Shown: positions 33,234 through 39,913 of the stretch, piece by piece
How positions within the stretch are numbered: position 1 is the first letter of the stretch
Layout of the letters: each line of letters opens with the position of its first letter
From: a virus
Lineage: Duplodnaviria > Caudoviricetes
Reading direction: 5' to 3' (one strand)
Virus record (IMG/VR): IMGVR_UViG_3300035102_000318
Location: 1 to 39,913 of that record
Length of the DNA: 39,913 nt
The notes under the pieces: generated by a model
Told to the model about the DNA's origin: nothing
Databases searched by the model: none
The model's input: only the letters and a program-made list of their open reading frames with translations
Made by a program: the position numbers and the translations under genes

Positions 33234-33830
33234 TTATCCGAGCGGATTGAAGCTCGTCGAATTCATGGTCACGCCCGCCCAGTTCTGATTGTCTTCATAG
33301 GGATCGAATGACAGGGCGAACTGACGGGGCTGCCGGACCTCGCCGCGCCGCACACGTTTGAACCTGGACGCCTTGCACTCTTTGCAGCACGTTAACTGGT
33401 TCGCGTTAACAGGCCTGAAGAGCTTGCCGCATTCGACACAGTTCCTCAGAGTTTTTGGGGTCGGGGGCTTCGGCCCCGCCGCTTTCATCCTGGCTTTGGC
33501 CGCTTCAAGACGACATGCGGCCGAGCAATAGTCCTGTCTCCGCCGGTTCGGCCGTTCGAATTGAACACCGCAGAACGCGCATGTCCTGACAACGGCCCGA
33601 TGCTTGCCCAAGGGGAGCTTGCCCGGCTTGCTGGTCTCGGCTGGTTTCCGCGCGACCTCCTCGGCCCGATGCCGAAGGGCGGCTTCTGAATCCGGCCTTT
33701 CGGCTCTCTGAGCCTTCCTCTTTTCGCGGAGCGCCCCCCGACAATCGGTGCATTTGATGCACCGGTACCCGCCTGGAGTGCGGAAGGACTCTTTGGGCCT
33801 CATCTGTTTACAGCTCGGGCACTTCGGCAT
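33234..33830 (-). CDS. Basic multi-Zn-finger protein
   Basis: Three Cys clusters (CPSC..C..C; CAFC..YCS..C; CVECG..CC..C). Confidence 0.65.
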   Translation of the reverse strand: MPKCPSCKQMRPKESFRTPGGYRCIKCTDCRGALREKRKAQRAERPDSEAALRHRAEEVARKPAETSKPGKLPLGKHRAVVRTCAFCGVQFERPNRRRQDYCSAACRLEAAKARMKAAGPKPPTPKTLRNCVECGKLFRPVNANQLTCCKECKASRFKRVRRGEVRQPRQFALSFDPYEDNQNWAGVTMNSTSFNPLG

Positions 33831-33839
33831 AGCCCCCCC

Positions 33840-34448
33840 CTAGATCGCCGCCATATCCAGCGGGATGGAGGTCCACTTGTCTTCAGGGCCGGAGCGCTGG
33901 TGGAACCGGATGTATTTCTTGCTGTACTGGACGGTCAGGCTGTCGCGGATCGCGTCCATGGCCCGGTGCCAGCGTTCGTCGTCGATCTCCAGGCGGAGCA
34001 GGGGCAGGACCTTGGCGGGCGAGACGTTGCCCTTCTTGTCCACCTCGAAGGCCTGGTTGACCAGGGCGCGAATCTCCGGGCGGGCGTCTTCGGTCCATTC
34101 GGTCAGGCATTCATCCACCAACGCCTTGGCAGCCTGTAGGCGCTCGTCGAAGGTCAGGAACTCGGCCACGGCCAGCTGGACACGGAACTTGCCGTCATAG
34201 GTCAGTATCTGGACATTGCCCTTCGGACCACCCAGCTTGGCTTCGTACTTCTCGTAAGCGAGCTCCATCAGGGCGGTGATGTCGCCGATGGCCGACAGTT
34301 TGAACTCTTTCAGGGATGCCTGTAGGGACAGGGCCTCGTTTACGAGGTCATTGACCAGGCGGTCCTTCTCTTTGTCGTAATCCGAGACCTGCTCCGTCGG
34401 GACCAGGTGGCCCTTGCCGTTCTTCATGTATTTACGTTCATCCATCAC
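33840..34448 (-). CDS. DUF3164 family protein
   Basis: 'GHLVP', 'KGN....YDG', 'FDERLQAAK.L.DEC...W', 'W..AM.AI.DS' and 'Y.RF..R' motifs typical of transposable phages. Confidence 0.9.
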   Translation of the reverse strand: MMDERKYMKNGKGHLVPTEQVSDYDKEKDRLVNDLVNEALSLQASLKEFKLSAIGDITALMELAYEKYEAKLGGPKGNVQILTYDGKFRVQLAVAEFLTFDERLQAAKALVDECLTEWTEDARPEIRALVNQAFEVDKKGNVSPAKVLPLLRLEIDDERWHRAMDAIRDSLTVQYSKKYIRFHQRSGPEDKWTSIPLDMAAI

Positions 34449-35056
34449 CGTTCCTCCTTGGGTTGGAACCTGTCATTCATCACAGCCAATTCGTTAAGTA
34501 TCTTCTTCCTGACCCCGGTCTGATACGGGTCCCGTTCCATCATCAGCCGGACCAGTCGGCAGCAGGCACTGCGCTCCTGGGCAAAGGGATCGCTCGGGGC
34601 GATGGGGGGATAGGGGGTCTGGAGCTCCTCCCGAGCCTTGGAAGTGGTCCGGTATTTTGCAGTGTTGCCTTTGCGGCCGTGGCGGGCGACGAAGCCCTCC
34701 TCTTCCAGCCAGTTGATGTAGCGCGAGGCCATGGTGTAGGAAGCGCGGGTACTGACGGCCATGTCCTGCTTGGTCCAACCCGGCCCCTTGGCCCGGACCA
34801 ACCGCCAGATGCGGATGTAGAATTCGCTATTGCGTTGGGGCTTGGCCTTCGGGTTGTAAGAAAACCAACCGGGTCGAATCCGGACCAACTCGGACCGTTT
34901 GACCATGTCGTTGACACGCCGTCGCAGCCTCGCCTTTTCGTCCGCTTCCTCAAGCCCCAGGGATTCGTACAGCATGGCGTTGCTAACGTCCTTCTTGCCG
35001 CCCTCGGACAGTCCCTCGACCACGGTACGAAGTTGATCCATGCCTACCGTCTTCAT
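34445..35056 (-). CDS. Winged-HTH DNA-binding protein
   Basis: ATG 35056 overlaps the MuB stop; two wHTH-like segments ('Y...L..EG.V...GR'). Confidence 0.7.
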   Translation of the reverse strand: MKTVGMDQLRTVVEGLSEGGKKDVSNAMLYESLGLEEADEKARLRRRVNDMVKRSELVRIRPGWFSYNPKAKPQRNSEFYIRIWRLVRAKGPGWTKQDMAVSTRASYTMASRYINWLEEEGFVARHGRKGNTAKYRTTSKAREELQTPYPPIAPSDPFAQERSACCRLVRLMMERDPYQTGVRKKILNELAVMNDRFQPKEER

Positions 35057-35754
35057 GCCCGCCTCCAGGACCGGGTCTTGATCACGGCCTGCACCATGGG
35101 TTCGTCGGCGATGTCCGTCTGCTTGGCTTTGGCGGCCTGCTCGAGCAGCTGCATCATGTTCCGAACCAGACGGAAGTCGCCATCCGAGTGGCGGGCGATC
35201 AGGGAACAGGCTTCGGGGGTGATGTCCAGGTCGGCGGCCTTCACGCCGTAGACCACAATGTCTTCCTCGCTGACCGGGCCGAACTTTATTTCTTGAGTCA
35301 CGCGGCTCCACACCCGGCGGCGTTCGCCGAGTAGGCCGAGCAGTTCTTCCTCACCCACCAAAACAACCGAGCAACCGGTGGCGCGGTGGATGTCCCGGAG
35401 GTCCTCTATCCGTTTGATATGCAACCGATCAGCCTCATCCACGAAGATGGTCCTGGGGTTACGTTCAAGTTCCTGAACCAAGGTCACCTTGCACAGATTG
35501 GAGGAGCGGGGACGCTTTCCGCAGGCCTCATAGCAAAGCGCCTGCAGGAAAGCTGTTTGCGTCCAGTCCTCCCAGACGTCCACGCGGAGCCCCCCATGTT
35601 CGGCATAGTAGCTGTCCAAGGCCACTGTCTTGCCACGCCCGGCCTGTCCCCAGGCCAGGCCGATACCGGGTTGTCCGTTGGCGGTGTCTTCCATCCTGGC
35701 CACAGCTGTCTTGAAGCGTGTGACGTTGTCTGTCTCCACAAAAACCTGTTTCAT
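35053..35754 (-). CDS. MuB-like AAA+ transposition ATPase
   Basis: Walker A GQAGRGKT, Walker B IFVDEAD, 'LRDIH', 'G.FR'; follows the transposase. Confidence 0.93.
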   Translation of the reverse strand: MKQVFVETDNVTRFKTAVARMEDTANGQPGIGLAWGQAGRGKTVALDSYYAEHGGLRVDVWEDWTQTAFLQALCYEACGKRPRSSNLCKVTLVQELERNPRTIFVDEADRLHIKRIEDLRDIHRATGCSVVLVGEEELLGLLGERRRVWSRVTQEIKFGPVSEEDIVVYGVKAADLDITPEACSLIARHSDGDFRLVRNMMQLLEQAAKAKQTDIADEPMVQAVIKTRSWRRA

Positions 35755-35768
35755 CCTATTGCTCCCGG

Positions 35769-37916
35769 TTAGTTGGCTGCCACGCGCTCCCGCTTGCGGG
35801 CGTACAGCTCCCGCAGTGTGTTGAAGCGCTTGCTGGTTGTCTGGCGGTATTCGTCGGTGTTTTCGTATCCGCGCATCCATGCCCGATCCGCTTCCGTCAG
35901 TTCGACGCCGTCCCTCTCGGACAGTTCGAGCAGGTACTTGTAGCGGTCGTATTCGGTTAGGATGTTGTGGGCTTTCTCAGGCGGCATGTAGGTGGCTCGC
36001 TCGGCCATCTGCTGACGGGCCAAGTCCTTGGCTGCTTCGAGCTTGGAAATGGTTGTCTTTGGCAGAACCGTGGATCGATGGGGCTGCGTTTCAGGCTTGT
36101 CCTCGACAGACTTGACCACCCGCAGTCGGGCTTGTGTCTCGGGGATGACCACGTTTTCAAGCATGGTCCGGGCCACGTTGGCCGCGCCCGCCTCCTGCCC
36201 CTTGCGCAGTTGCAGGGCCGCTTTCAGCTCCTGCTGGTGGCGCTCGTCGCCCAGGATGCGGGCGGCGGGATGGACGCCGCGCACCTTGTCGGCGCGACAG
36301 AGAAAATTGCCCTGCTCGTCATAGACCAGGACGTAAGCCAGATCACCGGCTTCATCGTATTCCTGGGGGTCGAACTTGACCGTCACCTGATGGCGGCGGC
36401 TGTACAACTCCGGGTGGTAGTAGTTCTTGCCGAACATGCTGACCACGTTCCGCTGCACCGTCCGAAACTCCTTGTGCAACATCAACTCCCGCAGTCGCTC
36501 GAGTTCCCGCTCGTCCAGTCCGGGGCCTTGCCCTTCTAGGAAGACCTCGGCCGGACAGCGTCCGTTGAGGTGTCCCTTCTGCGGGCGCTGGATGTACTCA
36601 TCGAAGAAAAGGGCCACGGCGTAGTGAGCTTCCATGAGGGTCAGGGGACGGCCCCCGGCGTTCTCGTAAATCTTGCGGTGCATGCGCTCCCCCCGGAGCA
36701 TGCGGGGCGGCTTGGCCTGGATCGAGGTCCCCGAGTAGCTGGGAGCCCAGCGTTCAAGCTCGGCGAATGTGCCGAAGAACCGTTCGACCACCTTGGACTG
36801 GCCGTGGTATGGCCAGGCGAAAAGGGTTTGTATGCCGAGAGAATAAAACAGGCCGCCCACACCTGACTGGCGGAGGTCCTGACCGTTAAAATATTTGGAG
36901 CGGAAGGCCCGACCGTTGTCCAGATAGGCAACCTTGGGATACTTGCCAAGTACCAGGCAGGCCCGGCGCAAGGCCGAGGCTATGGCCTGGGTATCTTCCG
37001 AGGGCATGATCTCCCAGCCCAAAGGAAAATTCGACTTCATATCGAACCAGAGCACCAGTTCCATGCGCTGGGCTTTACCGGTCCAGGGATTGACGATCTC
37101 AAAATTCAGTTTGTGTCCGTCGGCCACAATGATGTCGCCCACTTCGATCAGGGAGTAGTCGCGCTCGATGAAGAATGCGCACTGATCGTTCCAGGCTTTG
37201 GCGCCCTTGCGGACGTATGTCCATTCGCCGAAGTGGTAGGGGAGAAAGTCTTCTCGGATGTACCTATAGGCTTGGCTTTGGCTGCCGATGGGCTGGTGCC
37301 CTTCGAAGGCCAGGGCCTTGTTCGCCTCCCTGTAAGCCGCCGCGACGGTCGGCTCCCCCGGACGCATGAGGAAACGGATCAGGGCGTTCTTCTGTATTTC
37401 GTCAAGGAGGCGCTGCCCCTTGCGACTGATCCCGCGTTTATCGGCGATGGCCGACAGATTCTTGTTGTCTTGTATCTGTTTTTTCCAACGCTCGATGGAC
37501 TTCCAGCTGACGTTGGGACCGACCAGTTCGAACAGCTTAGGCCAGGTCTGGGCCTTATACGCAGAAACGAAATCTTCCCGGGCCTGGATGGACTTTCCGT
37601 GATCCTTGAGCCAACTCAAGTAGATGTTGACCAGATCGAGTTTAGCGGCCGCCTTGGCTTTGCGTTTGCTGTCTAAGGGCACGGTCTTGCCCACCGACTG
37701 AACCGGGGCCGGAGCCGCATGGCTTGCGACCTCTGACGTGATGGCCGTCCGGACTTCCTGGGGGAGGCTTGCCAGCGCATACTCATTTCCGCCGCCTCGT
37801 CCGGCTCGTTTACGGGAAGGCCACCCCTCGCGGTTGGCTCGCTTGCAGACCGCCTGCCGACTGACACCCAAAGCGCCAGCGATTTCGGAAATCGTACACC
37901 AGTTCTGTTGCAGCAT
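35769..37916 (-). CDS. MuA-like DDE transposase
   Basis: N-terminal Mu HTH (A.REGW..R...GRGGG.EY...SLP); catalytic DGH, YLDNGRAF and K.VERFF; Mu C-terminal domain. Confidence 0.96.
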   Translation of the reverse strand: MLQQNWCTISEIAGALGVSRQAVCKRANREGWPSRKRAGRGGGNEYALASLPQEVRTAITSEVASHAAPAPVQSVGKTVPLDSKRKAKAAAKLDLVNIYLSWLKDHGKSIQAREDFVSAYKAQTWPKLFELVGPNVSWKSIERWKKQIQDNKNLSAIADKRGISRKGQRLLDEIQKNALIRFLMRPGEPTVAAAYREANKALAFEGHQPIGSQSQAYRYIREDFLPYHFGEWTYVRKGAKAWNDQCAFFIERDYSLIEVGDIIVADGHKLNFEIVNPWTGKAQRMELVLWFDMKSNFPLGWEIMPSEDTQAIASALRRACLVLGKYPKVAYLDNGRAFRSKYFNGQDLRQSGVGGLFYSLGIQTLFAWPYHGQSKVVERFFGTFAELERWAPSYSGTSIQAKPPRMLRGERMHRKIYENAGGRPLTLMEAHYAVALFFDEYIQRPQKGHLNGRCPAEVFLEGQGPGLDERELERLRELMLHKEFRTVQRNVVSMFGKNYYHPELYSRRHQVTVKFDPQEYDEAGDLAYVLVYDEQGNFLCRADKVRGVHPAARILGDERHQQELKAALQLRKGQEAGAANVARTMLENVVIPETQARLRVVKSVEDKPETQPHRSTVLPKTTISKLEAAKDLARQQMAERATYMPPEKAHNILTEYDRYKYLLELSERDGVELTEADRAWMRGYENTDEYRQTTSKRFNTLRELYARKRERVAAN

Positions 37917-37925
37917 GGTTTCTTC

Positions 37926-38168
37926 CTATCCCCGCATGTCTTCGGGCAGACTGAGATGCTGCTCAGGACATCCCATCTCTTTGAGCAGCTGGAGCACTTT
38001 CCTGTTGTTCCTGTTGCCGCGAACAGTCGCCTGAACAACTTGGCGGCTGATGCCGAGCGTGTCCGCGATCTTGGACATGTTCGATCCACGGGCAGCCAGA
38101 AACTCCCGGATCAAAAACGGGCGACGGCCACGTCCAGCGCCGACACATGCGTGTACATTTGGGCTCAT
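37926..38168 (-). CDS. Ner-like HTH regulator
   Basis: 'L..RG.NM..IA..LGISRQ.V..TV.G' HTH immediately upstream of the transposase. Confidence 0.75.
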   Translation of the reverse strand: MSPNVHACVGAGRGRRPFLIREFLAARGSNMSKIADTLGISRQVVQATVRGNRNNRKVLQLLKEMGCPEQHLSLPEDMRG

Positions 38169-38587
38169 CGAGCGGCCTCCAGCATCTTCTTGCGCTTCTT
38201 CAACAACTTGATCTCCTGTTCAATCTCGGCCACCTGAAGCACTCGGGCCTCCTCCTGATCGATGACCCTGGCCCCCAGGGGCTCCGCCATAACGGACAAC
38301 GGCCTGACATCGGCGGTCACTTCACAAAACAAGACAAGAGCCCGGGGCGACGGCATTTGATCAGTCGCAGCCGGGCTCAGCCATTTTTCAAACGTGGGAA
38401 GGGCGAGGTGCTGGGCGTTTCCTCCGGTGATTCGCACTCCGGCGGCGTCCGCCAGTTCGTTGAGGGCATCGACCAGTTCCTCCCTGGAACGGCCGTCCTC
38501 TTTGCACACCTGACGCATGGCCGCCTTGATCGCCGGGTCTACCCCGGACAGGCTGCTCACGGTCAAAAGTGATCTGCATTTGTGCAT
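38165..38587 (-). CDS. Putative regulatory protein (first early gene)
   Basis: Helical/HTH-like ORF with C-terminal coiled coil; alternative start at 38605. Confidence 0.6.
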   Translation of the reverse strand: MHKCRSLLTVSSLSGVDPAIKAAMRQVCKEDGRSREELVDALNELADAAGVRITGGNAQHLALPTFEKWLSPAATDQMPSPRALVLFCEVTADVRPLSVMAEPLGARVIDQEEARVLQVAEIEQEIKLLKKRKKMLEAAR

Positions 38588-38605
38588 CAGCGCCCCTTTT
38601 GGCAT

Positions 38606-38817
38606 CTGGTTTTAGTGAGGGGCCTGACGTTGACCCCTCACATGGGCGGCTGATAGGGTGTTTTTGCAAGTTTCTTTGTCAACCGCTTGAGGGTCATTTA
38701 TACACGTGAAGTGGATAAAATCAACTCGTAATCGAGGTTGAAAGTTTATTTATGTGTATTTTTTAATGTATCCCTCCGGCATAACTGGGATTTATTTCTC
38801 AACGTGAGGTTTACGCT
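38606..38817. promoter_or_regulatory. Divergent immunity/operator region
   Basis: AT-rich gap between divergent repressor and early genes. Imperfect palindrome TCAAC-TCGTAATCGAG-GTTGA at 38721-38741 and related CAAC/GTTG half-sites. Confidence 0.65.
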
Positions 38818-39393
38818 TTGGTTGCAAGTTCAGGCGATAACGGTGCAACCAGCGCCGGGAGCATCATCAAACGCATGATTGAGGCTTCCGGGGTTAAGAA
38901 TCAGGCGGCCCTAGCGGACGTCCTGGGCATATCCCCGCAGGCCGTCAACAACGCCAAGTCTCGCAATGCCATTCCCGCTGGGTGGATTCTTTTACTAGCT
39001 GAAAAATTTAGAGTTTCTCCGAGTTGGCTTGTTTTCAACGATGAGAACGCGCACTGGTCTGCGGAGGAATATCCTCATGCTCGGACCTTAATGGGCACAG
39101 ACAAGGGCAGCTTCCCGGTGACCAGACGGGCCGTATATGACCAAGTGGATGGAGAACACCGGCCGGTCGGGTCGGAGATGTTTGTGGCCCAACCCCGCAA
39201 AAAGAACGAGGCCGATGCTCATACGAACTTGCAATTGGCGTTGCAAATGCTCCAAAGTGCTAAGGAAGAAGTCCGAAGACTCCAGGAAGAAAATCTTCAG
39301 CTGAAGCTTCAACTTGAAATTTATAAAATGCGGGAGGAGGCCAGGGCGGCCCCCGAGAATAATGATCCGAACGGATTCAAAGAAAGCGCGTAA
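38818..39393 (+). CDS. Prophage repressor (CI-type HTH, no S24 peptidase domain)
   Basis: 'Q..LA..LGIS.Q.V...K.R..IP..W.......VS..WL' HTH; divergent from the early operon; coiled-coil C-terminus. Confidence 0.85.
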   Translation: MVASSGDNGATSAGSIIKRMIEASGVKNQAALADVLGISPQAVNNAKSRNAIPAGWILLLAEKFRVSPSWLVFNDENAHWSAEEYPHARTLMGTDKGSFPVTRRAVYDQVDGEHRPVGSEMFVAQPRKKNEADAHTNLQLALQMLQSAKEEVRRLQEENLQLKLQLEIYKMREEARAAPENNDPNGFKESA

Positions 39394-39504
39394 AAGGGAA
39401 GCTCTTGCGCTTTACAGGGCGAACACCCTCTACATCTGCATAAGTGATTGTTTAGTCAAATTTCAATATATATTTAATTTCCTTCGCATTTTACCTGGAA
39501 AGTA

Positions 39505-39542
39505 AAAAGGGTGTCCCTCCGACAGCGGAGGGGCACCCTTTT
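39505..39542 (+). terminator. Intrinsic terminator after the repressor (bidirectional form)
   Basis: AAAA-GGGTGTCCCTCCG-ACAG-CGGAGGGGCACCC-TTTT. Confidence 0.85.
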
Positions 39543-39714
39543 CTCAGCTTGGCTGAAAAACAATTCCCATACAGCGTTCTTTTCTCATTTTACAAAAAGC
39601 CCGTCAGATACCTCCGAAGAAACCCAAGGAGCCCACGCCAGTCCTACATTCGTCCGACGTTTGTCCGATGTTCCCCAGGCCCCCCCCTTTTCTCATCTCT
39701 CCTGCCCCCCTACA
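39540..39714 (-). repeat. Prophage end (attL equivalent) with three putative transposase sites
   Basis: TTTCTCA at 39540-39546, 39581-39587 and 39689-39695; TACA terminus at 39711-39714. Confidence 0.8.
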
Positions 39715-39760
39715 CTCGGGTCGTCTGCCAGGCTGTTGGCAGGCGATCCGCGTCATTTGG

Positions 39761-39803
39761 AAAAAAAAGAAAGAGCGGTTGCATCCATTCGGATGCAACC
39801 GCT
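39761..39803 (-). terminator. Host terminator downstream of the tRNA 3' end
   Basis: 13-bp stem AGCGGTTGCATCC/GGATGCAACCGCT followed on the minus strand by a long T-tract. Confidence 0.85.
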
Positions 39804-39812
39804 TGATTTCCT

Positions 39813-39857
<45 letters not shown>

Positions 39858-39913
39858 ACCAAAGGGATAATTTCACATCCATTTTTATCTGCTTCTATAT
39901 GTGTCTAGATTAT

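Larger units (their letters stand above)
128..39714 (-). mobile_element. Mu-like transposable prophage with siphovirus-type tail, apparently complete
   Basis: Termini TGTA (128-131) and TACA (39711-39714), each with TGAGAAA starting 19 bp inside. Repressor, ner, A and B at one end; lysis, Mu-type head and tail genes; methylase at the other end. Confidence 0.95.

Noticed and set aside
39590-39594. Alternative right end at TTACA (39594) or other CA dinucleotides
   Set aside because: Only 39714 reproduces the TGTA-N15-TGAGAAA spacing of the left end, and no alternative gives a target duplication.

Overview
The window is almost entirely one apparently complete transposable (Mu-like) prophage, 128-39714 (39,587 bp). 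Both ends read TGTA-N15-TGAGAAA inward and carry further TGAGAAA sites arranged like the Mu att ends. From right to left, mostly on the minus strand, it has: a divergent repressor; Ner-like, MuA and MuB genes; an accessory early region (DUF3164, HU, GemA, a SPOUT/TrmH RNA methyltransferase, an HD-domain protein); a lysis cassette; a Mu-type head module; a non-contractile lambda-type tail (tube, frameshifted chaperone, tape measure, M-L-K, fused I-J, fibre); extra putative tail-appendage genes; and a Dam-like adenine methylase at the mom position. The left flank is a truncated host RND-type efflux gene. The right flank is a terminator plus the 3' half of a tRNA-fMet, which looks like the att remnant of another integrated element. 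There is no target-site duplication. The best leads for undescribed biology are two promoter-bearing structured antisense RNAs: a kissing-loop/pseudoknot RNA that sits where an immunity gene would be expected, behind a MuF-nuclease fusion, and a cloverleaf RNA over the methylase leader where Mu has com. The TrmH + HD-domain gene pair is a third lead. All protein family calls come from motif recognition and synteny by eye, not from database searches.
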